The notes beneath the pieces are model-generated. The model saw only the letters and a list, made by a program, of their open reading frames with translations. It ran no database searches and was not told where the DNA came from. Of a stretch of DNA of 64,000 nt, positions 39,201-53,690 are shown one piece after another. The stretch is from Lama glama (lineage: Eukaryota). Numbering within the stretch: position 1 is the stretch's first letter; each line of letters starts with the position of its first letter. The stretch is from NCBI GenBank assembly GCA_028534125.1, contig CM052817.1, forward strand, positions 14,944,001 to 15,008,000. Direction: 5' to 3'. The position numbers and the translations under genes are program-made.

Positions 39201-40214
39201 GTTCCAAATGGGAGTGATTTCACCCCATCGTTCATTCATGAAAGTGGCTCTTGAAGGTGGTCAATGAAAATTTGGATGGGAGAGGTGGTCTGTAGGAGGT
39301 GGTCTATAGGTTTTCTTGACTTCAGTGAAGTAGTTGCTCATAAGAGGATGGATTTATTGTCATCCAAGCAAAGCCAATATCTATCAAGGAAAACAATGAA
39401 ATTCAACAACTTGTAGAGGTCTGGCATAAGCAAGAGAAAACCAAAAATCTGTTGACCCCATTGTCTCCTGGTTTGATGATTTTCTCTGCCCGGCTGTTTA
39501 CAGTGAAAAAGAGTTTTCTTTCTCTTGTGCATGCTCTGCTGTTTCTCTCTTACTGCTGATGCCTCTTAGGAATCTATGTTTTTTAATATTCAAAACTAGG
39601 AAAGATTAACTGATATATAAGAGACGGTGAGGTCAAATGAAAAGAGACACTGGTGGGACCGGCCCCTGCTTGGTGTCAGGCATCTGTCCAGAATTCCTTT
39701 GACACTTCATCCCCTATGGCCACCTACACAGCTGTGATCAGCAGTCTTCCAAAGCATAAGTAAAATGTAGAAAGAAAAAGGTTCTTCTCTACTTCCTAAG
39801 CAGGAGTGTGAATGCTCTTGAAGATGAATCAGGGTCTTGGGAAGAACGTGGGCTTTGGAGGTAGACAGCTAGGTTTATACATTTTCTCTGTTACCTGTTC
39901 TCCTGATCACCTTGAACATGTTTACTTTCTCTGAACTTCACTTTCTGTGTCCATATAATGAACAGAACAGCATCTGTCTTTAAGAGTTGTTGTGAACGAT
40001 ATGGTTTTTAGCAATAAATCATAGCTGCTTCTTTTCCTATGTGCTTAGCGGTGTCAGATGTCAACTTGGGTAATCCTATGCTGTTCCCCTTGAGTCTGAA
40101 AAGTCTGGAAATATAATGCCCTGGCTGCATATTTGTGAATCATTGTTGAGAGCCTGGAGATAAAAACAGTTTAGAGATGCTGTTGGTTGCAGTAGGTAAA
40201 TGTTTTTCCCTGCT

Positions 40215-40330
40215 GTCCTTCCTCCTTCCCTCTTTCCCTCCCTTTCTCTTGCCTCTTCTCTCCCTCTTTGCCACCTCTCTCCTTTATTCCCTCCTCCCTC
40301 CCATCCTCCCTCCATCTCTTCTTCTCTTTT
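40215..40330. repeat. CT-rich low-complexity tract
   Basis: Polypyrimidine run cctt/ccct/ctct. Confidence 0.85.
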
Positions 40331-40979
40331 GTACCCTCAATGCACTTGTGAAATAACAACCCCAGTTGAAGAAGCCCGTCTTCTTGCATATTACCCATGG
40401 CATCATCAGACCTCTGGAAAGCAACAGTTACTTTTTCATGTCTCCAGGTCTACCCTGTCATTCCATAGTCAAAATAGTTCTTTGGTCTACCATTATTTGT
40501 GCTATGTTCTTCATTTTGAAGTCCGTATGATATAGTTCTTCTCTGATACAAATCCAAAGGTTCCACGTGTTCCAGGGGAATAGCAAGCAAGTTTCGGCCA
40601 CCCCGTCACTCTGACTAATGATTAGGCTAAGCCATCTTACACAAAAACCACTCCTAAAATCCTAAAATGTTCCACTATATACTGTTTTGGGGGTAGAGAA
40701 ATAAAAGACTTCTGAATTATATGTAGATTTTTAGTTTGGGAAGAACCCTAGAGAGATTCTAATGTCATAAAGACCTATAAAGATCACCCATTCCAAAGCC
40801 ATCATTGGATTGTATACACAATGTCAGACATACGTCTTATTTGTGCAGAAGCTAATTACAGGCAGAGATAGAAATAGGACTCTGGGCCTCAAACCATATC
40901 ACATTGCCTGTGGCCTGGGGAAAGGCCTTGAAAACTGACACATGGACAAAGTTCCAACCCTGATATGGCTCATACCTTC

Positions 40980-41265
40980 TCTTTCTTGACTAATGAGTGA
41001 ACTCATAGTTATCTTTCAAGTTTTGATTCAAACGCCTGTTCTTCTGGAAAGCTGTCTATGAACTTCCCTGGAGAGCTAAGTCAGCCCCTCTGTGTCCCCA
41101 CAGGGTCTTTCTGTATTCCCCACCTAGTTCTTTGCAGCTCTGTCTTCCCAATGAGACCATCAGCTCCTGTGGGCAGACACTATATGCTACCTAATCTCTG
41201 AATCACCCCACCTGGCCTGGAGTCTGGCACATAATAGCTGCTCATTAGATGTTTGTTGAGTGAAT
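40980..41265 (+). mobile_element. L2 LINE 3' end
   Basis: tctggcacataatagctgctcattagatgtttgttgagtgaat. Confidence 0.7.
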
Positions 41266-43937
41266 AATGGACAAACTGTGCTTCTCAAATGTGGGGATCA
41301 GAGGTGGGGTCACAGGGCTCACCTGTGAGGGGAAACTATTCATGTCCCCCTCTGCCTTGGCCCCTGTTGATGCTCCTGTCAAGTTCTCTGCTGTCTTTGA
41401 GGAGCTGCATGACTGAACTGCTGCCTTTCTTTTCAGGCTGACTGGAGGGTTCCATAGGCAATAACGTTGGCAACTCCAAAATTTAGGAAGAGAGATATTT
41501 CATGGCCCTCACTTTGAGGTCTACAAGAAGTTTTATCTTCTGAATCCGTATTGATTGCAGCTTACCAAAGTACTGCAAATCTATATGATTAAAAAGAACG
41601 AGACCACTCATTGATGGGCAGTGCATGGCTGAGGGTAAGAGCAGACAGATTCTTCAGGTGCCTGGACTTTCTAATTGTGCTGGCTGGGGAAGCTTATTAA
41701 AGCCTTGCAGGTGCAATGTTTCATCACAGAGTAGTGAACCTTTGAAAGATATGCATAATAAACAGAGTTTGAAATGTGTTTTTATTCCAGGCCATATGGT
41801 CCTGTCTGGAGCTTTCCTGGATCTTTGGGTCAGTTCATTGTTGAAAGATGGGCTTGCAAGCACTCACCTCTCGGAGCAGCTGTCAGAGCCCTATCAGAAT
41901 GAATCTGCTTTTGCGTGATTCTTTATTTTATGTGGCTCTGAAATGAGCCCAGCTTCGCTCGGTAGCAGAAATGTGCTGAGCAAAGTCTCTCCCCTGAACA
42001 GCTTGTGGTCACATCACCAAGCAGTGTCCTTCCTTGTCCTTAAAAAGCAGACCAGTGAGACTTGTCCGATAGGCCGGGACAGGCAGCCTGGGTGAGGTGT
42101 ACTCACCTGGGCTTGAACTTGGTGCCAGCAATATGAAAACGTACACGGTAGCATTTTGTAGACGTGTCACCGTTCTTTCTTCCCAACTCTCCGCTGCTCA
42201 CTTTCCTACATCTCTTGACTCGAGGCAATTATAGCAGCCACTGTGCACAAGCATTTGAAGTTATTTTTGTGATGTTATTGTGGTGAGGAGGATGCTAACA
42301 CTGGCTTTCTTTCCTTTGTTATTAACAGAAGGAGGCATTGACTTCTCTGAGAATGGCCTTTTGAGGGGTATTTAATATAATTTAGTCAATATTTATTGCA
42401 TAGGTGTAGGAATATCAGTAACTGACAAGAGACATGGTCCTAAAGTCAAGTGTTCACAGAAAAATATCCCAGCATCTGAAATGCACCGTGAGTTATCAGA
42501 TTGGAAGGAGATATTTCTTTCTCTTTATTTGCATAAGGTGAATTTGAAGTTGAATTTTGTCACCTTGGTCAAGAAAATAATCTTGCATTCTTGAGAATGA
42601 TCTTTTCTCTCCTCTTGCTAACATTATGTTCAGGATCCTCTATGTGTGGTCATTCGCTCACTGAAGCAATGTCCGCTAGACAACTAACCTGCACCAGCCA
42701 CTGTGCTGAGCGTTGGGAATATAAGATCTGAGTGCTTTGTGTCCTCATGGAGCTTTGAGTCTGGAGTAGAAGACAGACACTGAACAAATAGTTAATTTCA
42801 TGCCTTATTCATGTTCCAAAAGGGAAGTTAATGGTGTTGAGTGAACTCAAGTAACAGAGAAGTGACATATGGGGTCTTTGTTCTTCTCCAGTTCTGTATT
42901 AGATTTCCCCTCCAACCCCTCCCAAATGAGAATCACTCTGCTAAAAAGTTACTTGTATATAGTAGATGCCATTTTGTACAAAGTATTTTGTGGCTTTAAG
43001 GGAGGAATGAAAGAAATAAACGAAGAAGGAAGTATTAATATTAAGCCATTTATTCGGGGGATGGTTTGACGAATTACAATTCCAAAGCCTTACATCAGTT
43101 TTAGATCAAAACAACACATTTTTCTTCTACCCTCACATGCAGTTACGCACTTTTTTATTTACCCATTGTGCCTATTTTTCCACCTCTAGAGCCACAGAAC
43201 CTAGAACTTAGCCTTTCGCCTGTGTATAGAAATACAGGACTTTGATATTTCTATCTAGGGTACCAGCTACTTTCTTTCAGGGCAATTCTTAGATGGCTGT
43301 AGTTATTAGAGATGGGCTATTACTATATACAAGTAGATCAACATTCTCATAGCCTCCCAAAATAATGGCTATTCCAAAGTGTGTACCTCAGGCCCAGGGA
43401 TAAGGACTTATGATGGGAGATGTTTTCTTCTGAAGATCTACTATGGTACCCTAGGGACTTCTGGGACCCAGGAGCCACCAGTCAAGCTTAGTACTGTGCC
43501 CAGGAGAGTGGAGTGACATTGACCAAGAGCACCGAGAGCATCCAGAGATTGTTCTCAAGAAGCAGAAAATACGCAAAAAGACTACTCCAGAAATGCAGCC
43601 AAAGGCCAAATGAAATGTTGGGAATCAGAGATGAAGTGTGGTAGCAGCAGATGAGGCAGCGGAGAAGCTTTTGGGGAATGTCAGAGAATGGGAAGCCAGT
43701 GGAAAGGGATGGCGAATCTTAGGTCTGAATGGGTGAAGAGTTGGGACTGGAAGCAGAGGCTGGTTTCCCCTGGGATAGAAGCAGCTAGCTGTGCAGGAAC
43801 AGGGATTCAGGTGCTGGGCAGGGGCTTGGCATCAATGGTTGTTGAAGTCTTGGTTGTTCAGTCTGGAGAGGATATGATTCTACTACCCAGATGGGAATAG
43901 TGAGACCAGAGCCCTACTAGGGTCAGAGTAAGATGAT

Positions 43938-44106
43938 TCCCTCCCTCCCTCCCTCCCTTCCTCCCTTCCTCCCTTCCTCCCTTCCTTCTTTCCTTCCTTC
44001 CTTCTTTCCTGCCTTCCTTCCTTCCTCTCTCCCTCTCTCCCTCTCTTCCTTCCCCTTCTCTCTCTTATTCCCATGTCTCTTTCCCTTCCCCTCTCCTTCA
44101 TTCCTT
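43938..44106. repeat. (CCTT/CCCT)n microsatellite grown at an L2 tail
   Basis: About 170 bp of near-pure pyrimidine tetranucleotide repeat. Confidence 0.9.
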
Positions 44107-44980
44107 CAAGAAGTGCTTATTTAACCTCAACTGTGTGTTAAGTGCTAGTCTCAGGGCTGTGCCTACTGAAAATAATACAGACAAAGCCCCTTTTATCTCA
44201 TGGGATTTTTAATCTTCTAGGAAAGATCAGTCATAGAAAATAAGTAAATACATGAACAAGATCTTTTCACTTAATAATAAGGGACACGAAGAAAATAGTG
44301 CAGGATATATGAGAGGGAATGGGGTAGTTGGGAGTATAGACAATGGCATCAAAAAAGGCCTCTTATGGAGGCGAATTTGAATTAAGACCTGAATGTCAAC
44401 AAAGAGCCTTCAGGTAAGGACTTGGAGGAGTGATCCAGACAGAAGGAAAGTCAGTGTAAAGGCCATACGATAACGAAGAACTCAGCACATTTTAGGAAGA
44501 GAAAGGAGCCCAGTTTGCCTGGAGAATGGCCAGTGGAGGGCAGGAGGGAGAAGACGTAGCTGGGCAGACGCCTGATCACGTAGGACCTTAAAGGTCAGCT
44601 AAAGATTTAAAATTTTGCACTAAGTGAAATAGGAAACCATTAAGTGGGGGAATTAAACAAGGAAAGGACATGAGGTAAATTGGTTTTTCAAAGATTTATG
44701 GTTTCTGGCTCCATTGTGTGCAAGAGTTGTGGCAGGGAGGCTGGCACGGAGGCTACTGCAGTAGTTTAGAGGGAAAGAGAGGTGAATGGAGGCAGAGCCT
44801 GGGACAGGTTGGCAGTGGGAGAGAATATGGAAAATGGAGAATCAGGCACAGTTTTTGGGCATTTGGTGGGAAGAATTGAGTAGATGGTGCCATTTGTTGG
44901 GATTTGAAAAGCTAGAGTGGATGCAGATTTGAGGAGTTGGTTAAGAGTCAAGAGTTGGATTGTATACCCATTAAATTGTA
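44100..44980 (-). mobile_element. L2 LINE (resumes at about 45545-45660 after the L1 insertion)
   Basis: cattccttcaagaagtgcttatttaacc...gaaggcct-like...gatggtgccattt. Confidence 0.8.
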
Positions 44981-44989
44981 TTTACTTAT

Positions 44990-45535
44990 TTTAAACATTT
45001 AAAATAAAACTGAGAATTTTAAAATAAATTTTTAAAATTTCAAAATTAAAATATATTAAGAAATATTGAAATAAAATTTACCATTTTAACCATTTTCAAG
45101 CTTAGAGCTCAGTGGCATGAAGGACCTTCACCTTGTTGTGCAACAGTCCCCTCCATCCATCTCCAGAACTTTTTTGTTTTCCCAAACTGCAACTTTGTAC
45201 CCATTAAACAGTAACTCCCCATTGCTCCTCCCTTCCTTCCCTGGTAGCTACTTTCCTACCTTCTGTCTCTGTGGGTTTGACATTCTAGATACTTCATGTA
45301 AGTGGAATCATATAATATATGTCTTCTATGTTTGGCTTGTTTTACTTAGCATGTCTTTAACATTCATCCATGCTGTGGAATATATCAAAATTTTATTTTT
45401 TAAATGTTGAATAATATTCCATTGTAGGTATGTACTACATTTTGTTCATCCATTCATCCGAGGATGGACATTCATGCTCTTTCCATATTTTGACCATTAT
45501 CAATAATGCTGCTCTGAATATTAGTGTACAAATAA
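44990..45535 (-). mobile_element. L1MB-like 3' fragment
   Basis: ataaaatttaccattttaaccatttt...ccatctccagaacttttt...cccattaaacagtaactcccc. Confidence 0.85.
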
Positions 45536-46739
45536 ACATGTAAAATTTTAAATGTCATTTAGGCCACAAGAAGAGAAGTAAAAGAATCAATTATGTATGG
45601 ATTTTATAGGTAAGGGAGATGCCAGAGCTGGAGATACATGTTTTGCAGTCATCACATAGTATTTGACCAGAGGACCCATGAACCGAATTGGGTTGTGGCC
45701 CCAATTCTGTTTGGAAGTCTAGTGAGCTAAGCTGAACAACATGACATAGCTTTTTGCCAAGGTAGAGGCAGGTTAGAATTAGTTTAAAAGCCCAATGTTA
45801 AAAATAGGCTGAAAAGGCCACAACTTCCCCTAAATTCATCTTAGGATAACTGAACTTATCCTTCTAACAGGATAACACACACACACACACACACTATACC
45901 ACACTCTAGGAAATGGAACCAGAGCAACAGATTAGAGGAGAGGGTTCATTTACCCTGCTCCCCTCACCCCACCAAGCCTGCCTCTCTTCTGGGCCTGAGC
46001 AAGTCAAGAAGCTCAAACAGGGGAAAAAGAGACTTTGAGCAAAGTCTGCACATTGGCAAAATGTGCTCCAAGGGGAAAGCATCTGTGCCATCTTACCGCT
46101 CCGACTTTGAGAGCGCATGAAAGAGAGACCCCTACCTGTGCAGTTTATAGCTTCATAACCTGATCCCCTTTAAAACTACCACCCTAGAAAAACTTAGGTC
46201 AATTACTGAGTGCTCCTCTTTCTCATCGCTGCAAGATTTTTGGTTTTTATCTTGAATTTTCCCAGGAGAGATACAAGAAGATTATGAAAAGTGTGGAGAA
46301 GACTTGAGAATTTCCCCTCCACTATAAGCAGTAGAGTTTTGCTTGTAAGCAATCGATGAAAACAGGTGCCACTCCTACTGACTTGTGATCTGACCATGTG
46401 ATTCCCATGATGGCTTTGACTCTTGCATGTCACCCACAGTCCTAGATTTGCAATTTTTCTAGACTTGCAATCTTTCCATGGTGTTCTGATAGAAGGATTA
46501 TGAGCTCTCGAGTCAGACAACCTTAGCATTTGTTTCCAAACTTTCCCCTTTTAGTTGTGTGACTTTGGTCACATTACATCCACAGGAAGTGTCATCTATG
46601 GTTGTATCAGATCAAGAATATGGGGCATTTCTGGTCCTCCTTGTCATCTCTCCTTCCAGCTTATCTTTAAATGTTGGAATAACATAAAGCTTGTAACAAG
46701 TCTTGTTTTCTTATTCTCTAAATTCTATTCGACAACCAT

Positions 46740-47355
46740 GATTTCAGTTACCACTTCTGTGTGATAACTCCAAAATTTACATTTCCATCTGAGACCCTTC
46801 TTTAAGCTCTTTATTTGTCTATCCAGTGACCTTTTCAACTTTTCATTTGGAGATCAAAAAAGGTACTGAATGTCATCCAAAGCTTGATTAATTATTTTCC
46901 ATCCCTTTTCTCCAAAACTTGTGTATACCCAGTATTTCCTAACTTAGAGACTGACAACATTGTCCACCATATCGTGCTAACCTTGCTGCCTTATCTCTTT
47001 CACCCCTGATCTCCAGTAAATTTTTCAATCCTGCTGATTTTATCTGAGTATCTCTTGAATCCACCTGATTCTCTGTCTTCACTTATGCCAGCCCAGACCA
47101 AGTTCTCTTCACCTCTCTCATGATTTACTGCAATTGCTCTTAAATGCTCTCTTGGATTCCATTCTTGTTACATGCAAATCTATTCTCCACGGAGGTCATA
47201 GTAATCTTCTAAAAATGCAAATTAGCTAAACTTACTCCCTTGCTTAACTCCTTCAATGGCTTTTCATTGCTGTTGAGATAAAGATCAAAACCCTTAAAGT
47301 CTTTATGAGGACCTGCATGCCTCAGTCTCTGCCTTCTGGCTGTCTCTGCTTCTCT
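46740..47355 (+). mobile_element. L2 LINE
   Basis: tattctccac...aaaatgcaaatt...cttactcccttgcttaactccttcaatggc. Confidence 0.8.
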
Positions 47356-47361
47356 CCCTCT

Positions 47362-47715
47362 ATTTTTTTTCCTACAGTTTTTTGAGACATAATGACATAT
47401 AACATGGTGTAAGTTTAATGTGTTGATTTGATGCACTTAAATATTGTGAAATAATTCTCACTGTAGCATTAGCTAAATCCACCATCACCTCACATAATTA
47501 TCACTTCTTTTTTTGCAAGAACATTTAAGATCTACCTTCTTAGCAACTTCCAATCTCATAATACACTACTGTTGACTACAGTCACTACCCTGTACACTGG
47601 ATTCCCCCAAACGTATTCATCTTATAACTGAAAGTTTGTACCATTTGAGCAACGTCTCCCCATTTCCCTCACTCCCCAGCCCTTGGCAACCACCATCCTA
47701 CTCTCAGTATCCACG
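47362..47715 (-). mobile_element. L1MA-like 3' fragment
   Basis: agaacatttaagatctaccttcttagcaacttcc...attcatcttataactgaaagtttgtacc. Confidence 0.85.
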
Positions 47716-47852
47716 AGTCCCTGATGATGCTTTGTGATCCATTGAGCTATATTCTTTAAGCTCCTTAAATGTGCTGTGATGTTTGATCTTTCACACACGT
47801 TCGTTTTTATTAGATTGTTCTAGTTCCTCATCATTTAGTTTGGAGTGGAAGT

Positions 47853-48355
47853 CTATCAGGTTTTCTGGCTGCCTATAGCACTTGCTGAATACACTCACTC
47901 TGTTTTAGGGATATCCAGTCTTAAGAGTTTTATCTAGTCAAGGTAGAGAAGAACATTCTCCAGGATTCTTTGGAGCCAAGGCACACACATGTGATCTAGT
48001 CTCCACTAATTGGACTTATTCGTGTGAGAATTTAATCTGAAAGCCAGCAGCCTGAGGAAGGCGGAGCCTGTTGTGCTGGTGAGGACAGCAGCAGAGACAT
48101 CCAGCTTTTGAGGATGACAGTTCTTATTATGAAGTCTACTTTCTGGTGCCAAAGTAGCTGAGATGCTGGTGGCTGCTGTGGTTGCAAGAAAGTAGAGTTT
48201 GGGGTAGCAAAGTCCAGCGTCAGCCAGTTCTGCGGTGTGCTTTTGGGCACTGTTTCTGAGAGCTTCATTTGAGCCTAGTTTTCCAGCTTAACTCCTTTTA
48301 TGATTAATTGTCCAGGTCAGCTTCTGTCAGTTACAAGTAAGAAAGAACCCTGACT
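47853..48355. mobile_element. Old MLT1-like LTR
   Basis: aggcacacacatgtgatctagtctccac...ttctgtcagttacaagtaagaaagaaccctgact. Confidence 0.55.
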
Positions 48356-49254
48356 GGTAGCAGCTGATGACTCCAGCTAATCCTCGAGTTTTCAGCTCTA
48401 GTTCACTCCAGGAAACTCTTCCACTTTCCCTGTTCTCCCACCCTTGCCGACCAAGATAGAGCTTCCACTGCCACGTGTTCTCAAGACTCAGTACAGCGTC
48501 ATGGCTTGGCATGCAGCCCCTGCTGCTGTCCTGCCTGAGTTCCAGTCTCAACTCCGCTACTGACTTGTATGAATTTTGCAGAGTTACTCGATCTCTCTGT
48601 ACATCAATTCCCTTCTCTGTAAAATTGAGACAAGTTTTACTGTAAAGATTAAGCAAATTAACGGATACGCGAAACCCTTAAAATGGTACCCAAACGCTCA
48701 ATAAACATCCGCTAATATGCTGTTCCTTCTTACAGTTCCCATGTCTTTCCTTTCATAATGGTTTTCACAGATTGTAATTAAAGGCTCACAGGGTGGTAAT
48801 TTGATTAAGGTATGTCTTTCACATAGGCTGTTAAGATCTTTAAAATGAGAGGCTGCTTTTTTTTGTTCACCCTTCTATTCTCAATTCCTAGCATGATATA
48901 TATTTATTTAATACACGGAGGATGGATGTAGGATCCCAGCGACCTTATTTGATGCTGTCTCCGCCTCCAGGCACGACGAGGCAGAGGAGCTTCAGCTGCA
49001 TCCGTGTTCCTGGCAGCCTCACCCCAGGTCCTTGTCTTTAGTGATTTATTTTTTTGTGACCCACAACTGACCCTTTCCCACTGAGCACAAACCCTGCCCC
49101 AGATGCTGCACTTTCCCTCGACGCCCTGATTTTTCTGGTTCTCAGCAGTGAGGGTTTTGTGCTGATTCTCTACACTCTGAAAGCTGTTTGGAGCCAGATG
49201 GGAGGAAGAGAGAAAACGTTTCATTCATTGCCCTTCGAGACTCAGAGAAATAAC

Positions 49255-49410
49255 AACAGTACCAACCAGTAGTGCATACTGAGTGTTTACTACAAGCTAG
49301 GCATTATTCATAGAGCTTTATATGTATTAACTTATTTAATACCTGCCACTTTCCTAGGGAGAAGATTCTATTACCCCCATTTTACAGAAGGGGAAAGTAA
49401 GTCCCAGAAG
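49255..49410 (-). mobile_element. MIR SINE
   Basis: ctattacccccattttacagaaggggaaag. Confidence 0.75.
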
Positions 49411-50319
49411 GAAAGAAAGAAAGGAAAGAAGGGAGAAAGAGAGGGAAAGGGGCAAGGAAGGAAGGAAGCTTTTCTGGTAGAAGAGAGCTTCATTTGCTGA
49501 GAACTTTGATTCTTATAAGAACTTCCCCGTTGCAGCAGGAGTAACCGTTAAAGTAATACTGATGGAGAGATTATAGAAGATAATGCTGAATGTGCACCTA
49601 TCTTCCCATCTGCTTTATAATTAAATAAAATATGATTTTACATAATGCCTTTCAGCTGCTGCTATTTGCACCTCCCCCCATCCCCCACCCCCAAATCTAA
49701 TGTATGTAATAGGAGCAATACAGGTAGTTAAGCAATCTTTACAGCTCATTTTGGATAGTTGGCATTTTCCTTTAAATATTTACAAATTAGCCTTTGGTTT
49801 TCAAAGTCTCGCTTTTCAGAGAGTCATAGTTTTTGCTCCTAGGAATTCCCACGTGCAGGCGGGGCCGCCTGCTTTGGAGTGATTTGGGCTTTCTCACAGA
49901 TGCTGTCCAGCCACTGATATTTGCCTGGGGTTGTGGGGTGGGCGCGGGGGGAACTTACTGTGCATTTTCTTTGTTTAGCTCTTCCTCATGTTGTTTTATT
50001 TTATTTTATTTTATTTTCCAAAGAAAGGAGGACGCAGCCGGTGTGCCTGTTCTCTGCAGCAGCCGTCACTTAGCTGAAACTGTCCTCCAGTTGTTGCATC
50101 CTTGCATGCTTCCACCAAACTCAGAGAAACATGTTTTCAAACTTCCTCTGTGTGGGCAACTGCTGGAAAATCTGCTTCAAACCGTGTCCTGGGGAGGCTT
50201 TTTCTCTCTGGCTTTGCAGGTCTTGAGAGAGGTTCTCACCAACACTCAGCAAATCAGGTGGATGGTTTGGGATTCAGAATCCAGTAGCCCAGTTGGCATC
50301 CACCCTAGAGAGTCTGATG

Positions 50320-50755
50320 CATTGGTTTCCTGTGGCTGTGCTAACAAATTACCACCAACTTGGTGACTTAATCAACTGCAATTTATTCTTTTAAAGTTCT
50401 GGAGGCCAGAAGTCCAAAATTAACATTTATCTGTAGGATTGTTTCCTTCCAGACACTCCAAGGAATAGCCTCTCCACCAGCTTCTGGGGGTTGCCTTCGC
50501 ACTTCTCAGCTTGTAGACATCACTCCCATCTCTACCTCATCTCCACTTTTCCTTCTTCCCTGTACGTCTTCTCCCCTTCTCTTCTCTTCTGAGGACACTT
50601 GTCATTGGGTTTAGGGCTCCCTGTTACATTATGCAGGATGATCTCATCTTGAGATCTTTCACTTCATTATATTTGTAAAGGCCCTTTTTCCAAACAAGGT
50701 CACATTCACAGGATCTGGTTAGACAGATCTTTTGGGGGAGTCCACCCAGTCCACA
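50320..50755 (-). mobile_element. MLT1 LTR inside a MER5-like remnant
   Basis: aacaaattaccaccaacttggtgactta...gttctggaggccagaagtccaaaat...aaggtcacattcacagg. Confidence 0.8.
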
Positions 50756-51156
50756 TGTTGCATTGAGAGGATTTCTCATGATTCACAGGGATAAGGTGAG
50801 GCTTTGACTAAGGAGGGGGGATGAAAAGGCATTGGAGCCTCCTGGGGACACGGCCTCTCCCCCTCAGTCTGTTGAGGGTCCTACACGTCTCAGAGCGGTG
50901 GGACCTGGCCTGCACGTAGCTGTGTCTCTGCACAGAGCTCTCCGGCTGCCACTGTTGAGGAGAGGGGCTCAGGGAGAGTCTTCAACACTAATAACACTAA
51001 TAAGCCTCTAGAAGGGTGCCTCTGGGTTGGAAGTTGTGTTCAAAGATTCATAGCTGACCGTCAGAGATTATCCTATGCCTGTGAGTCTCAGACTTGATCC
51101 AGTATAAAAATCACTGAGGGAGTTTATTAAAAACAGAAATTTTCAGTTCTTAGCTG

Positions 51157-51400
51157 GTATTAGTTTGCTAAGGGCTGCTGTAACAAAATGCCCCCAGATT
51201 GGGTGGCTTAAACAATAAAAGTTTATTTTCTCACAGTTCTGGAAGCTGGAAGTCGAACATCGAGATATCAGCAGGATTGATTTTTTCCTAAGGTCTCTTT
51301 GTGGCTTTCGGGGAAACCCTTTCACACTGTGTCCTCACTGGTCTTTCCTCTGTGCACATGCATCCCTGGTGACTCTCTCTCTTCTCATAAGGACACCAGC
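51157..51400 (-). mobile_element. MLT1 LTR fragment
   Basis: gtattagtttgctaagggctgctgtaacaaa...tttctcacagttctggaagctggaagtc. Confidence 0.8.
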
Positions 51401-51969
51401 CTGGGTCTTGAATTGAGGTGATCCCAGACTAGTAGTTCCAAGTAGAAGGAAGATGCACATTCAGATTCTTTCTAAACGGAGATACCTGTATTCTAAACCT
51501 CCAATTATTATTACAGATATTTTTAACAGTAATCATCAGCACACAAATATAGCCAGACGGACATGGAAAAATGATGACCCCAAAAATCACCAGAATCAAC
51601 AGACAACAGAAACAAACCCAGGACAATCTCAATTAGAACGCTCATTAGAGATAATCATGTTCATTATGTTTAAATCATAGAGACAAACTTGAAATACCTT
51701 TCAGAAAAGGAACAAACCTCTGCAGGTTTGAGTGTGAATCCCAGGTCCAGCAGTCACTAGCTAAAGAGGACTCTCGTTTCTCCAGGGTACAGTGGAGACA
51801 CTAGCATCTACTCCTAGGGTTGTTGTAAAGACGAAGCAGGATAGCGTGGACTCCAGTACAGTGCTGAAGTGTAACTGTGGGTATCCGAGGTTTCAGTGAG
51901 CTCTGAGAGTCCTAGCAAATCTGGTGAAGGACTGTTTCCTCAGCCTTTTCAGTCTAACTAACACCAGAC

Positions 51970-52035
51970 AGTGAGTGTATGTGTGCGTGCATCTGTGTGT
52001 GTGTGTTTGTGTGTGTGTGTAGGTGTGCGCGCGCA
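51970..52035. repeat. Imperfect (TG)n microsatellite
   Basis: tgtgtgcgtgc...tgtgtgtgtg...gcgcgcgc. Confidence 0.85.
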
Positions 52036-53571
52036 TATGCAGTATGACACTGGATGGAATTCTTAAATGAACAGTTTGTCTAAGGCTATAACATATAGCA
52101 CGTCTTAGATATTTTTCTTCTTGCATCTTTATATTCAACCTGCTGACTATGAGACCCTTCCTACTGACCTTTTGATCCAAAACCAAACTCTCACTCCTCG
52201 ATGGGTGTCATATTCCCCCCCATGTACTTTGTATCCATCCACAGTTCCTGTCAGTCTGTGTTTACTTTGCCTGCAACTGTGCTTAAAGAAAGAGAGTGAA
52301 TTCACCAAAGTGTTTTTTCCCTACTAAGATTTGGGACCTCATAAGTCGTGGTGAAAGAAATGTGATGATGGTCTCTTTCTGTTCTCGAGGAGATTGAAAC
52401 AGGAGAGGCATGCAGGTTCCAGTACGGTTTTGTAATTTTTCCCAGTGGCGGCACAATGAGAGGGATTCCAGCAGGCTAGCTCCTCAGCCCTAACTAGGTA
52501 ATTCTCTACTTGAATGTTCCTGCAATGAAAACGCAGAGACATCCACCAGTGTCACTCGGGCCGTTTAGTACCTGCTGCAGAACTCCTGGCAGTTAACAAT
52601 GAAATTGTCAAGATTTCCTTTTTGTTCCCTTCCAAGCAGGCAGGGCGTCGTTTTCATCCCCTGGTTTAGCACATGAATCAGTCCTTCTGTATGTGGTCGG
52701 TGGCACTGTGCATGTTGTCAGAAGCTGTCTGGCTTCATACCTGGCAAACTCACTTGTTGGGCAGTAGTTCTGCAAATGAGAAAGAAAATATGCAGAATTT
52801 CACATGTTCCCAGATTGAATTACAAGACAGTCAAAAAAGATTGTTATTTTTCTGGCCTGGTATTTGGTTTTGGTCATTTTCATTCTTAGACATATGCCAT
52901 CCAGAAATTAAAATTTAAAAGATCATTTAAAATATTGGTATTTTGCAGATTGAGGTTGACAGAGAGGAGGGGAGATACACGTGGCCAGGTGGACAGGTAG
53001 AAGTAGCAATACCTAGTAAATGTTTTAATTCCTGCAAAGCTTGATGTGCTCAAATAGTATATATTTCATTTTCTGAAAGTACTTTATTTAAAACGAGCCA
53101 ATCCAGCTTGGCTCAGTTCCTGCCTTGAGGCCACTCATAAGGCTTTTTTCCAAGTAAAACACTTTGTGTGCTCTGTGCACAAAGGTAGAGGGGTTATGCA
53201 TCAATTAACCTGTCAGAAAACTTTCATCTATGGAATATCCATAGGCAAAAAAATTCCAAGAAGATTTGGAGATCAACACATGTATAGTGGTATATGGGAT
53301 AGCACTTTTGAAATATCTGAGAAATACAGACTTATAACAGAAAAAATTAAAAGGTGGGTCTTGCTGTGCTGCAGCTAGAGGAGTCATTTGGGTTGAAAGC
53401 AATCCCTAGTAAAATGAAAATTCGAATTATTATATAAAAGCTCATTTTCCCCAAGCTTATTTAGGAATATATCTATCTCATAAGGAAAACTTGCCTTTTA
53501 ACTTAATTTATGCACCATGAAACAGTATCAGTGCATCCCATAGATTAAGTTTACTTGTTATAGTGTTATAA

Positions 53572-53659
53572 TTTTATTTTTATTTTTTGATTTATAGTGC
53601 TGTTAGTCTCTGATGTATAGCACAGTGGTTCAGTTATATACACACACACACATATACAT

Positions 53660-53690
<31 letters not shown>

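Noticed and set aside
43883..44124. ORFs rich in R/E/G or P/S/F
   Set aside because: Translations of the (CCTT)n microsatellite; the same applies to 40076-40535.
49833..50366. 177-aa ORF, the longest without Ns
   Set aside because: It starts at TTG, includes low-complexity T-rich sequence, runs into MER5/MLT1 remnants, and has no recognisable domain.
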